Source: Daphnia carinata (Eukaryota). From it: a DNA stretch of 64,000 nt. Made by a program: the position numbers and the translations under genes. Under the pieces are notes generated by a model. That model saw only the letters and a program-made list of their open reading frames with translations. It was not told where the DNA came from and did no database searches. Each line of letters opens with the position of its first letter. Position 1 is the stretch's first letter. Below, piece after piece: positions 23,104 to 39,267 of the stretch. Location: contig NC_081332.1 of assembly GCF_022539665.2 (NCBI RefSeq), positions 4,898,001 through 4,962,000 on the forward strand, written 5' to 3'.

Positions 23104-25347
23104 CTAGGCGGATGTGACGGAAGAAAAAATACCGGATGAATTGGAAGGCCGGATCTGAGAATTTTGTTGGACAAAGACGACGGCGGATGCAAGGAGAATT
23201 TCCATTGATTGAATCGATTCTTTTGCGCATTCTGCCAGATCCACCCAACGGTTATTGACTGACGCACTGGCGAAATTGTCTGCCCAGCGAGTGACGTTCC
23301 GTTTCATTCGCCGCACTGTCGGCGCATGGTTGACAATGACTTGGCCTCCACAACTCACGGCTATGGGAAAGAGCAAGGAAAGTTGGACAGCCCTTACGAA
23401 TAGGCACATGTAACTGTCCAGCCGGGCATGAGTGGAGCGCTGTCGAGACCGTAACGACCAAGACGACAATGTACTTGAAGCACTACTATTTCTTTCGTTG
23501 TAATGAGCCGTCATGCGTTGGCTACCCAATGCGATCTGGCTCATCATTCGACGCCAGGTGGCGGATAGCGGACAACGGTTTGTCTTGATGACAACATCGT
23601 TTATTTCCCGGCTATTCTCCTCTTCAAGGCGATTTATTAATAGGTGATTAACCGAAGTGGACCAGTTATGGAGCCAGTCGCTAATCAGCGGGAGGCATTG
23701 GCCTGGCCAGGCAGACAAGTCGACGGCAGGCTGGTCGACGTCGACGATAGCTAAAGAAAGCCAATGTTCGATAGCTTGGATAGTTTGGATCAGTTCGCCG
23801 TGAAATAAAGCGGCTGGGGTGTAATCCGGTGAATAGTGAGGAACGCAAGAGACTTTCTCATCATCGGCTCGCCATAGGATTGCCGTCGATAATGCGAGCA
23901 AGTGTCTGGACAATTGGACGTTGATATCCCACAATTGACACTCGCCATGACTGAACCGATCGCGAACTCTTGGCCCTTCAGTTTGGACGAAAATATCAAG
24001 CAAGGCAAGAAACAGTCCGTTGCCCAAAAAGTCGGCCATACGGGGTTTGTTTGAATCATCTCCGTTGCCGCATTCCAGGATGACGTCGAGTGTTGTGTAG
24101 TGGACGACGGATTCAGCAGTCAGGGCTCGCGAAGGGCAGTCGTTCGTGGCGCAGTAAATCAATCGGAGCGTATGCTCTATTTCGGGCATGATCAGCGCGC
24201 AGCAGCGACCGTAACGGCCTCTCTGATGATGTATAATGGCTCGGTGCCAAATGGCCTTGCGGCTGCTGGGTAATCCTCTCGTCGTTGAAACCGCCTCTAC
24301 CAACATCTCTTCTTCCATAAACTCTGACCATTTCGGCCACTTGCGTCCCTGCTGATGCTGCTTAAAAGTGGCCCAGCGTCTCGGGATGATTTCATTGACG
24401 CTTACTATCGATCGGCAGCCGTCCAAATGTCGACCTATAGAAGCGCAAACAAATAACAAGACGGAAGCATAGCCATGGGTGTCCCAGTCGAGAAAACTGA
24501 CGAAGCCATGCCAGATCAGGTTCCTCAGATTGAGAGACAGTGGATTGCCAAGCAACAGCTGTAAAAGGACTACCTATTATTTCAAAGAACCAGTAGGAAG
24601 AAAGTGTATGTTATTTTTTAAAAAATTCAGATTATGACCTTGAGATAATTCTGCTATTTACTTGCGATATGCCCAGTATCACGTGCAACTCTCGTGAGGC
24701 CAACAGATCCCGGAACAAAGATGGGACCTTTTTGTTTCGATCTCCATGTAAAAACAACTAAAAGAAAAAAGAATTCGTGTCATAATTTGAGTTATTTCAG
24801 CTATTAAGTTGTAAATGACGCAATCTACATTGCCAAGAGCTCTCTCAAGTGCAGCAGTTATGAGCAGGAGGCATTCGTGGGAGTTGAGAGCTACTTCATC
24901 TTCCCTGCTTAGCAGATCAAAACATAGGTAAATTATCTGGGGTTGATGCATCCAAGCACACAGCTTCATAAGACCTTTTAATTCCTCTTGTGGCATAACC
25001 TTCATTTTCATTCTAACATTTTCAAGATAGGGTGCAACATCATCAATGGTTTGGCTGTACCATTCTGCATTACGCTCAGTTGGGTGAAGCAAGTTCTCAT
25101 CTGATGGAATGAAACCTAAATTGTATTCAGCAAAAAAAATTTATAAAGCTATTCAAATACCAGCGTGACGTAAGAGAGATGAAACATTTGAAATATCCAG
25201 TAGATCGTCTGTGGCAAATTTTAGACTGGCGTCACTACTTGCCGTTCCTACGAAGCCTTTTTTTAGTACAAGGTCTTGGACGCTGCGTGATAAATATGTG
25301 GGTGTATTCTCCACAATTTTATACCATCTTCCAACGATTTCTTTCAT
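23104..25347 (-). CDS. ERMARD: ER membrane-associated RNA degradation protein (C6orf70/DUF4209-like), multi-exon
   Basis: Motifs LERALGN, LNLRNLIWHGF, TAESVVHYTTLDVIL and GPRVRDRFSHGE. Confidence 0.85.
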
Positions 25348-25616
25348 TTTATGATATTATTCAATAGATAAAATATCAAATCAATTTGAACTGCACAATT
25401 TTTTTAAAACGGATGAAGCAGACGACTATTAAGTTGCAGACGTCTAGATCTGTTCTTCCATCAGCATCATTTGGCGTAGACTTGCATTGCATAGATGCAA
25501 CAATTTGTACCATCTTTGTTTCGCCTAGTTGAATAAATTACTAGGTACAGTTATCTATTAGTAGTTCTATTGTGTGCTCGTCAGAGTTCGAACTTGTTAT
25601 CTGGTTAATCAAAGTT

Positions 25617-26163
25617 ATGGCTTATCAACTTTATCGTAACACAACTTTGGGCAACACGTTGCAGGAAACTTTGGACGAGCTCATCCAGGTAGTAGAAAGC
25701 TCTAGTAACTATGTTGTGTTCACAAATAACTGCAAAATATCTTGAATGAAAAATTTTTTTTTTTTGGTATTGTTTCAGTTTGGCCAAATTACTCCTCAAC
25801 TAGCCCTCAAAGTTTTGGTGCACTTTGATCGCACCATGAACAATTCTTTGGCTCTGAAAGTAAAAAACAGGCTTACATTCAAGGTGCAGTTTATAAATTC
25901 ACTATATCCTTACTGTTTTTTTTTTAAATGAGCATTCATTTTAGGCAGGTAAACTAAATACCTATAGGTTTTGTGACAATGTGTGGACATTCCTTCTAAG
26001 TGATGTTGAATTCCGAGATGTCTCCGAACTTTGCAAAGGGGAAACTGTCAAAATTGTAGCATGTGATGGAAAAGGTATAGAACTATTTATAACATTAATT
26101 GGCATATTAAGATTAATCTTGTATCCTCCTTTTCCAGCTGTTCCTCCAACTAAAGACGATTAA
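25617..26163 (+). CDS. GTF2A2: Transcription initiation factor IIA gamma subunit (4 exons)
   Basis: Spliced translation [24 protein letters not shown] / [17 protein letters not shown] / [14 protein letters not shown] / VKIVACDGK. Confidence 0.97.
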
Positions 26164-26940
26164 AGTTGGCTAAACATCATTTCATTTCAATGTTTATGTA
26201 TTTGGTGGCCGAGGCAGAGAGAATAAAGCTAAGATTTTTTAGTTAACCTATTGGTTCTGGAGTAACTAATTTTCCAAGTAAGTATTAAGGAATTCTAGAT
26301 TAATATCTTTGATTAAATTGATAACCGAATGAGGAACTTAGTGATAGAAAAGATTGTTACGCTGTAACTTGTTCACCCACACACTTTTTTCTATATCTTT
26401 GTAGCTTGCGTGCAGAAATCCCTGCGTTTTCCTTTTGCTTTTTTCTTGTAAATTCCAGCGATTTGCGTACCTCAGCTCCAAAACCGGGTTAAAAGTCCGC
26501 ATAGAACCTCGAGGACAGGAAGATTCCCTGAGTTTCTTTTGACTCTTTTTGTTTGGTATTCGTTGACTTAAGTTACAAGCCGTTATTTTAATGGATCTTA
26601 TGTTGAAGGTACGTCGTTGTTAAACTTTCTGAAAGAATTCCAGTGGAAAATTGGACAACTGAAACTTGTTCAAGTAAAGGCAATTTTATAATTTGTACAA
26701 ACAAAACATCTTCATCAGATAATCGGTTGGACAATATTCTACATCATAACTGTAAAATCATCAATTCTGAGCGCCTTACAGCAAGCCAAATCACGTTTAG
26801 CCCTCAAACAGGTTAGATAAAAGAGATTTTGCACATGACGTAAAGTATGAGTGGAGACCTGGGATCGGAACACGTTTCGGGCAAGTGTTATTGAAATGAT
26901 AAGCTGCGCTATCATTTGAAAAGGCATCTGGTTGGTTAAA

Positions 26941-29805
<2,865 letters not shown>

Positions 29806-30715
29806 TGTCAGCAAATTATTTTGATGTTTGAAATTGTAGATGAATGAAATGCCGAATAGTGCGAGATTCGTTTATCCACAACACATAAGCTCTAAAGAGA
29901 TAACTACGGGCATCTTGGCCGTATAAAACAGAAAACATTTCTGAAAACAATCGACGATCGCATGGGCCGCAGGAGCAGGCAGGAGACTACTTCTTGATTT
30001 CTCCAGTGCAGCGAGAATGGGGCTCGCTTTCAGAGTCACTACGAGAGAATGCCATTTTTTAAAAAAGGAGGAGGAATAGCGCCACATTTAATGAAAAGGG
30101 CTACCGAACTGACGGTGACTTTTGGGTTGTGAATCGGAAGATCTATTACTCACAGGTAAATAATCAAAATCGAGTGCTTGTAAGACAGGGGCTCACCCCG
30201 ATTAAGTACCCAGTTTGAAACCTAGTGTGGTGTTGGACGAAGAACTGGACGCCTCGCAACTCAAAATACCCCGCCCCACAACCCCTAAATGCCTGCCGTG
30301 ATTAACAGTAAAGCACACCGGTTGGCGCGTGGGGACAATCCGTAGCGTTACCCCATCACGCACAGGCTGTCAGCTGTAGTTGGTTGCCTCGTTGGCTGGA
30401 TGCCGGTGCTGCACGCTTTTTGTTCAGTACGTCGCCGACTTATTAGGATTTACATGTTTATTGGTGTTTCAGTGTATTAATACTGGATTAGATAAAAACT
30501 TGCAGGTGTCTTGTACAAATTTATCATGACCTAACCGTTAAATATCTTATCATATTCAATGCAAGACGAACATTCCTCAGGTAAAATTTCATCTGGCGTG
30601 TCTAATTGCAGGGCCGCCTATTATTATTTGCTTCGTTTGTTCTCTTTTGAATTTTGAAATCGACTTTCGCTGAAAGCTTACTCTATAATACTGTTTCTAT
30701 TTCAGGACGAGAAAC

Positions 30716-31957
30716 ATGAGAAAATACTATCAACTTGTTCTCTTCATTCTGTCGATTGTCAGCTTAGTGTGCTTCCTAATTTACAAACACGAGTATGATA
30801 GACTGAGAAATGTTCTTGAAGTCTTGAATGTTTTTGGCTCGATAGTAACAGATGGACCCCAAGCGATAACAGGCAATCCTGAAATCTGCCATAATGGTTC
30901 CCTGGAATATATACCAGATTTTTGGCACCAATATTCTGATCTAGAAGTTTATTCTGCGTTCAAGACTGTGAATGAGAAAGGATGGAGTATAAACACCTTG
31001 GCAATAGTGACTGGAAATCTGTCGCTACTGTTCAAGCAAATCTCGTGTGCTCTGATATCTGAAGATGTCAGTGATGACAAATTTGAAGGAACAATTGAGT
31101 GGAAAAGAATTGAAACAGATAATGCTTCCATGGCCTATACCATTGTTTGCAATGTTCCTGAAATGATAGGGAATTCTTATCTCCTCTCCCTCTACAACAG
31201 TAAAACACCTTCAGAAATATTAAACGTCCCATTGCACCTCGGTACAGCACACCTGAAAGAAAAAGCAACGTCCCTTTGTATAGTATCGAATAATCCCTAT
31301 TGGCACGTAGGTGACCTTAGCGATTTTATTCAGTATTATACGCTACTGGGAGCAGACAGCTTTTATCTGTATCATCGTGGAATTGGTGATCAAGTGATCT
31401 CAGCGTTGAAGGAATTAACGCGATCATTCAACAATATAACAGTTCATCTAACAACCTGGAATCTTCCGTCACAATCAACTTCCGTTCCGTTTCTTGATTT
31501 TGCCCTAATAAGTCAGGACTGTGCATGGAGGCACGAGGCAAAAAGGGGCCCGTCGGTGACCGTCCAATTTGGTCATTTCTTGTCGCTTCCCAACGGTTGG
31601 GGAATAAAGGACTTTTTGTCAAAAACAAAGGGACACAGCACTGAACCAAGTTTTGAAGTCCGTATTCCTCTTCAAGCAATATGCGCGAACTCTTCCGAAA
31701 TTGAAGCTAGTCCTATACGACGAGCAAGAATGATTAATCCCAAAAAGCAAGAAACCCGGAGTGGTCTTCTACGATGGACTGAAGCCCCAAATCATCCGAG
31801 TAATCCAGAAACCGCTACACTTGGTTCAACGGCGGTTAAATTGCTAACACTTGAACACTGTCGAACAACGACGAGCAGGAAAAAAAGTGATGAGCAGGCT
31901 GTACGCAATTTCCAAGCCGTCGCCCAAAACATCCCCCGCTTAAGAAACTACGGATAG
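30716..31957 (+). CDS. Type II membrane protein, glycosyltransferase family 92 / DUF23-like, single coding exon
   Basis: 413-aa ORF with N-terminal anchor; SLCIV...FIQYYTLLGADSFYLY...DCAWR resembles the GT92 core; acceptor TTTCAG just before the ATG. Confidence 0.7.
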   Translation: MRKYYQLVLFILSIVSLVCFLIYKHEYDRLRNVLEVLNVFGSIVTDGPQAITGNPEICHNGSLEYIPDFWHQYSDLEVYSAFKTVNEKGWSINTLAIVTGNLSLLFKQISCALISEDVSDDKFEGTIEWKRIETDNASMAYTIVCNVPEMIGNSYLLSLYNSKTPSEILNVPLHLGTAHLKEKATSLCIVSNNPYWHVGDLSDFIQYYTLLGADSFYLYHRGIGDQVISALKELTRSFNNITVHLTTWNLPSQSTSVPFLDFALISQDCAWRHEAKRGPSVTVQFGHFLSLPNGWGIKDFLSKTKGHSTEPSFEVRIPLQAICANSSEIEASPIRRARMINPKKQETRSGLLRWTEAPNHPSNPETATLGSTAVKLLTLEHCRTTTSRKKSDEQAVRNFQAVAQNIPRLRNYG

Positions 31958-32053
31958 ACATCAGTACACCAAGTTTGGCTGTTTTGATGTTAACAATGTA
32001 TTATGAAGATCCCAGTTCGAAGGTGGGTCTGAACTTATGACAGAAATATACAA

Positions 32054-33677
32054 TCATTTCAAACGTTGCATTATAGTAGCTCCGAGAAGCGCAGCATCCT
32101 TCAGTGTAGTGCTATCTTCCTTCAATTCTTGACTCGGATACGTCGTTAACAAAGCAAACGGTTGGCCGCTGTATTGTGGACGCGCACTGCCAAATGGTAT
32201 AAGTAATCAATCAAAACGTTTTGTCCTACACAGACAGAAAGCAGCTATACTTACGTTGTAATATATTGCCTGACTTGTCCGACAGTATGTGAGTTATTAA
32301 AACGACCGATCAGTCTTGAACCATCAGCCAAGCGTATCTGGAGGAAAAACTCGAAAATTCTTAATCGTCAAAACTAGAGCTTGCTTTCTTACCTGCACAT
32401 TTGTAACTGGTTCACTTTCCACCAGGTTAAGTTCAGCCTTGGCTTTTTGCTCACAAGAAGCCAAGTCTGAGGGATTAACGGAGGAAGACGCAGTGTTTTG
32501 GGAAACTGAGGGTGCTGGATTTCCTAATACCTGACCTTCACCTCCAAAAGCCTGCAAAATTAGAAATTCATAATTCACTTAAAACGATTTATGTTGGTCT
32601 CACAATTCAGTTACCTGGAAACGCGTCTTCTTGCTGATGAATTCTTCTGTACGATGATCTTCCATTTGTAAATGTACTTCACGACCGCGAGACTCACGAA
32701 TCAACTCCATTGGCACTTCCCTAACGGGTTAGACAACAGAAACTGTACATAAAGTTAATTCTAATGCAAGATGAATGGCTTACCCGCGCTTAATGTATTC
32801 AAGAAAGTCTTTATTTGCGGGATTTTGGTAATCTCTCACAGGCCCTTCGTCTAAGCTGAACCCCGTTTTCCACAATTTTAGTACTACGGTACGCGGCTGT
32901 TCAGGCTGGCGAGCGCCTGGTATAACTAAAAAGAAAATTATAATTTAACATTAAAAATGAAGAATGTTTAAGTTAAACAATTTATTATCACCTTGTGTAT
33001 CTTCTTCACTTTGTCCTAGACGATATCCAGTACCTTTAAAGGTTTGGCTTCCTTTTGCTGAAGATGAAGCTCCTTTTTCCAAAACTTCTGCACCATGCCT
33101 GGAATTTTTAAAAATTATATTAATCTTTATAACAATAGTTATGAATATAATAATACTTACTCTCTGGCAGATTTAAACATGTCTCCAATGAGATCTCCAG
33201 AAGGTTTTCCTTTGTGACGAGGGGGGCCAATTACTTGCTGTCCACTTCTTTCAGAACCTCCAACATAAAAAGCCTGACCTTCTTCATCAGAATCGGAAGA
33301 ACTGCTGACTTCTAAAAGTTTGTGAACAGCTGCAGCACCCCTGATTTTCAGAATTTTGTGTATAATGTGGTATATTGTACAAGCAAAGACGTTTAACATC
33401 AAATACCTCAGAGTAGGCTCTGGAACGTGGTTTGAAGGAAGTTCAACAGGTTCATCTTCTCCATCTCCAGCTTGCCTGTCCATAGCTCCATCGTCTTCAA
33501 AGAAGCTAGCAAGGGCCGTCTGTGAAAAATGTACTAGTCAACTGGGAGTTCCATAAATTTCTTAACATGTGTAACCTCTAACTGCCAACCGGACGACTCG
33601 AGATAAAAACGTGCTCTTTGTTCATCAATTCCAGTAACTTCACGGAAATTGGCAACTAATTCCTCATTCGATGACAT
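32054..33677 (-). CDS. NSFL1C: NSFL1 cofactor p47 (UBA-like, SEP, UBX), multi-exon
   Basis: [62 protein letters not shown] and C-terminal IMQRLK. Confidence 0.95.
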
Positions 33678-34146
33678 ATTTGAACAAAACGCAAATTAAA
33701 TGACAAAACAAAATTTTTACGACGGAATATATTAGTTCTCAAAAGACAAACGAAGGGCTGCTGACGACACTCGATTACAGCGACTAGGATTTCGAACAAA
33801 GTCGTAATGTTTTGCTGAACCGATAGAGCCGCCTATCATACTATTGTTTTTATCCACTAGGTGGCTTTTGTTGTATACAAAAAGTGTTCAATGGGTTAGC
33901 AATTGACAAGAGGTTAGTGTTAGTTTAGTGATAAGTCACTAAAGTTCGCTATCAAACATCTCGTGTTCATCAGTGTATTTCGACGTAATAAGAAATTTTC
34001 AAGGAAAAAATCGCAAATATCAGTTAAGGTAAATTATTTATTTTGGTAAATGATGTTTAGCTTTGATTATTTTGTTGTTACATTTTAACATAGGCATATC
34101 TCCACGAGGAAGTTGGAAGACCTTGAGCTCAACAGCGAGTACTGAG

Positions 34147-36809
34147 ATGGCGTTCCGAGAACTAGTGGATGGTGACTGTGGTGGAAGGAATCCAATGTTA
34201 AAAGTAGCATCACACTTCACCAAAGATCAAGCTTTTCGTCAGGATGTTGCCGTTTCACATAGACATCCTGACACAAGGCCTGAAGATGTTGTAAGTTCTC
34301 TGGTGCTGTGAAATAATTAGAAATTAATCAAAACATTTATTTTTGTTTTCCTAATAATTAATCTAGATGGTCAGAGAATTTCTGGAAGGCATACCTCCCC
34401 CATCCCAAGTTGGAACAAGAGGAGCCTTTAATATGGAGAGTCTTCTTTGCGAAATGAGAGATTTCGAGAAGTCACAGGGGGTTTCTAGGCTTCCCATTCA
34501 AGCAGGACCAAATGTAGCTCATTATGCATTTGATGATAAAAGCTGGGCAGAAGATTTCCTAAGGAAGGAAACTCATGTTATACCAGAAGATATACCTTCT
34601 GCTAGTGGCTGGAGCCAAGAATTTCTTGATAGTCCTGGTTATATGGGAGCTGTGGATGGTGATTCTTTAGAATGGGACACCCACTGGGACAGTTTAACCT
34701 CTCATATAGAAAAACCGAAATTTACAGCTCCCGACGCATTGGCACAAACCGCTGGTGAAATCATCGATAGAATGAAAGATCCAAAATTCGCTCAATCGGA
34801 GGTACTTTTTAGGTTTTGTACAAATGTTTGACAAAAATGTTTCAAGACAACCTTCAGTTTTTGCAGTTCATGCAAAGGGTTAGTCAGGGTGAAGAAAATT
34901 TGACCACTGAACTTAAGAGTACGGCAGCGTATGGTAATTCTAACTGGGCAGAAGAGTTTGCTGGTGCAGATGGTGTGATAAAACAGCCGGAATCGAGTTC
35001 GGATCAAGATTGGGCAGCTGAATTCACAACAAACCATCAGCCCGATTTAGCCGAAGAATGGACTAAAGAATTTAGTGGTAGTTCATCATTTTACGATATT
35101 TCGTCGTAATCTTTATCTCAAAACGCATTTTCTGTTTTAAAGATGGTGCTAGTGCTGAAGTGTTTAGAAGTGGGAATTCCTCAAATAATGATTTCTGGTC
35201 GCAGCTTCAGCAAGATTGGGAAAAAGCAGCTGATGACAACCCTTCAAGCTATGGGTGGCTTAAGGAAACGCAACAAGATACTTTGAACGAAGTAACGTAA
35301 CACAGATGCCCTTTTTTTTTTTTTTTTTACAATATCTACATCAATTGCCTTTTTTTCAGTATTCCTTTGAGGCCGAGAATCCATATCAAGACATTTCGGA
35401 TCCTTACAATGCAGGCCTTCAAAAGAGATTGGATGGTGATCTTCCAAGTGCCATTTTGCTGTTTGAAGCAGCTTTACAAAAAGATCCAGATCATATGAAA
35501 GCATGGGAAGTTCTTGGTAAGAGCAAAATAGCCACTGCCAGAATGCAAAATGATTTCACTTATTTTTATTTTAGGGCTGACTCTTGCCGAAAATGAGCAA
35601 GATCCAGGAGCCATTACAGCTTATAAGCGTTGTTTAGCGCTGGAACCGACGAATTTAGTAGCTATTATGGGTTTAGCCGTCAGCTATACGAACGAATCTT
35701 ACCAGCTACAGGCTTGTCAAGCCTTAGAGGTAAATGAAATAATTTGTGTGAATACACGAGCACAATTCACTACGAGAATATTTTTTTAGGACTGGCTTCG
35801 GAACAACCCTAAGTACGCACATCTAACTTCCTCGTCATCAACAAGCGCGAGTGAACGAGAAAAAACATTTACAAGTCTAGTTTCTGGGTATATTAAATAT
35901 CTGTCCTACAAGTTTTTCCTTTTACATAACAGTTCAACGTATTCAAATTCTGAATTATGTAGTGACACTTTCAACCGAGTCCAGGACATGTACCTTAGGG
36001 CGGCACGATTGCAACCTTCTCATGACCTGGATCCCGACGTTCAAACTGGTTTAGGCGTACTTCTTAACCTCTCAGGAGATTTTGATAAAGTAATTTGGTG
36101 GGAAAAAAAAATAATTTGTGTTTCTTTATGTGATAACTCTTAACAATTTAGGCCCCCGATTGTTTCAGATCAGCGCTACAGATGAAGCCTAATGTAAGCT
36201 ACCTTGATTTACTGGTATGGATTAATTAATAATTTTTTTTACTTATTTATCTCGCTTTTAGGACTCTTTGCTTTGGAACCGTCTAGGGGCAACCTTAGGT
36301 GAATATTTCCTCTTACGTTACTACATCCTAGTTTTTTTTCTCTCTCTCCGTTGTAACGTTTTTTGTTTGATTATAGCGAATGGAGGTCGATCAGAAGAAG
36401 CAATTGAGTCATATTATAAAGCCCTAGAGCTATCACCGGGTTTCATTCGTGCACGCTATAATCTGGCAGTATCATGTATTAATTTGGGAGCTCACAGGTA
36501 AAATATTCTCTAATTCAAAATCGAATCGTAGACTTGAAGCATTTTTGATTCGGTTGAACAGGGAGGCTGCTGAACATCTCGTATCGGCGTTGCTCCTTCA
36601 AGCAAGACGTTCAAAGCGCGTTATGTCCGACAATATTTGGTCGACTTTACGGATGGTCCTGAATTTGATGAACAGGAGAGAGTTCATCGCTGATATTGAT
36701 GCCAAGTAGGCTTTTCTCTATGATTACTAGTGATATACGCCAAATTTATTACGTATTCGATAACAGGGATTTGACTCGTTTGGCTGCCGAATTTGGTATC
36801 GCTGAGTAA
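34147..36809 (+). CDS. PEX5: Peroxisomal targeting signal 1 receptor, multi-exon
   Basis: N-terminal [11 protein letters not shown] with the conserved Cys; several WxxxF motifs (WAEDF, WSQEF, WAEEF, WAAEF, WTKEF); TPRs ([19 protein letters not shown]). Confidence 0.96.
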
Positions 36810-36987
36810 GCTATTTTTCTTACATTGGTTAGATCAAAAAATTTGTATAGGAAGTCGTTGATTGACATGCGTTTCCAATATAACTACAGTTTATTTTACC
36901 CACATTTACGATTTAGTTTTCGCTCTTGTATCCCATATAGTTGATAGATTTTTGTAATAATGTAACGCTTCATATTTTTTCTTTTCT

Positions 36988-39267
36988 TCACAACTTTGAG
37001 CGAGTCAGCCAATCGTGTTCTTGTGGTTTCCTTTGTGCCACAGGGCTTATTAATACGTTAATAAGCGATGGCCCGCTAGTATGCTCGATAGCCTGCTTCA
37101 AGGCGCTATCAAGTTCATCAATTGTTTTACAGAGAAATCCTCTTCCGTTTTGACCGAGTTGAGCCAGTTTTTCATAGTGGCATTCAGGTAACAAGCTTAG
37201 AGGCGGTGTTCTAGAATTTAAAAAAAAATGGATGAAATAATAATTTATCTAATGAATATTAAAGAATTATATTAGTTACTACTTTAATAATTAGAAACAA
37301 ATATATATCTAATCTTGTAAATCATTTTTCAACATACGCGATAGTAGGATCCTGCCCCTCGCGAACAATGGCCCACGTTTCCGGATCAAGTCCATTATAA
37401 ATCCCATTGTTGTTAACAACAACTATGATGACAGGTAGGTTGTATCTGCAAGATAGAGACAGCATGAAGAAGTACATTTTAGCTAGCATATTGTAGGAAG
37501 CAATTAACTCTACCTCAGCATAGTCTCAATTTCCATGCCGCTGAAACCGATAGCCGAATCTCCTTCAACACAAATAACTCGCTTTGTTGGCTCTCTATCA
37601 CGACAATATATAGCAGAAGCTATAGCAAAGGCAGGCCCAACTCCCATGGTTCCAAACGATCCAGCATCAAGACGGTGACGAGGTAACCTATTGGAAAGAA
37701 TTGAACGTCCGATGTCCATAGTATTCGCGCCTTCACTGACGATAATACTATCTATGAATTTGTTATAGAATTCAATTAACATGCTAAAGTATTTTATCAT
37801 GAAATTCTGATTACTACCTTTTGGAATCAACTTTTGAACTGTGCTTAGAACAGCAAAGTAATTCAATGGGACACTTACGTCTTTCGTCATACCCTAGAAC
37901 ATCAATGGTGAGGACTTAAGATTTTTTGTTGCATAAATTCTTATTATAAAAATTGCTTACTGTAATAAAAACTTTATTTGTTTCACACTTTGCTTGCAGC
38001 GAAACCCACCACTCTGAATTACCGTCATACTTAAGGTTGGCAGATTGGCATTGTGCAGTCAACTGATTCATTATGGCACCAACGTCGCCTACAAGAGCAA
38101 CTGATGATTGGACGCTGTTATGGACTTCCTCAGGTTGAATGTCAACTTGGATGATTTTCACTTTTGAATCAAATCGAGGAGGTCTTCCAAAATGCAAAAT
38201 CCAATTAAGGCGGGCTCCGAGTACTAAAATGACATCTGCTTTTTGCAAGGCAAGCGAACGAGCAGGAGCAACGCTGTGTATGTCACCATCATCAACTACG
38301 CCTTTACCCATAGGAGTTGCCAAAACCTAGAATGCCTAAAGGTGTAAACAACTAATATTTTAACTAGAGATTCTTATAAGTGATCGTACCGGAATATTGG
38401 TCATTCTCACAAACTGGTTGATAATTTTTTCCGCACGGGAGTAAGCTGCACCTTTCCCCACTACTAGTAAAGGGCGTTTAGCAGATTTCAGAAGATCAAC
38501 TGCTCGCATTATGTCGCTAAGCTCTGCACAACTTTTGGGAGGTTCGGGCAATGGCAAAGGGTTTTCGATGTCTCCGCCTGATTCAGTACGACCTAGCAAA
38601 TCACCGGGAAAATCCAGGTAAACAGCTCCTAAACATCGAACGATCTGTTAGTTATTACACTAAAAATAGTTAGCTGTTGGCAGTACGAGCTTTACCTGGT
38701 CTTCCATACGTAGCGAAGCGAACTGCTTTTTCTACGTGAAGGGGAATCACACTTAGGCTTGCTGGCCTGGCAGAGTATTTACAAAACAAGCGTGAGGCTT
38801 CAACCTGGGGGCACTCTTGAAAGGCACCTAAACCTTCTTGGGATGAATCACTGGAACCACCAATCACAACTACTGGCCTGCAAGATTTTAATTTGATTGA
38901 AAGTGAACACAAAGGTGCTTCTACCAGAATAATGATGGTACCATCCATTTGATTGTGCATTTGCCATTCCACCAATGGTATGCAGCAATCCTGGTCCAGA
39001 AACAGCCAGGCAAGCTCCAGGTTTTTTTGTCAGGTATCCAATAGCTTGTGCAGCATAGCATGCTGATTGCTCATTTCTCATTCCAATATATTTGATTCCC
39101 TCCCTTTGGGCAGCGATGGCAACATCAATTACCGGGATACCAACAATACCAAACATGTATTCGACACCCTGCATTATACCAATATAGTAAACATAAGTTC
39201 CTAATAGACAGATAGTTTCAGATACCTGTCGCTTTAAAGCTTTTGCCAGTATTGTATTGCCATCCAT
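36988..39267 (-). CDS. HACL1: 2-hydroxyacyl-CoA lyase 1 (TPP-dependent), multi-exon
   Basis: [36 protein letters not shown] motif [12 protein letters not shown]...NNNG, and C-terminal SKL. Confidence 0.96.

Noticed and set aside
30010..30040. AATGGGGCTCGC resembling the RNase MRP 3' P4 strand
   Set aside because: No matching 5' GAAAGTCCCC-type partner upstream.
30529..30536. ACCTAACC as a TTAGG telomerase RNA template
   Set aside because: An 8-mer is expected by chance in 64 kb, and it lies in an apparent 5'-UTR exon with no supporting structure.
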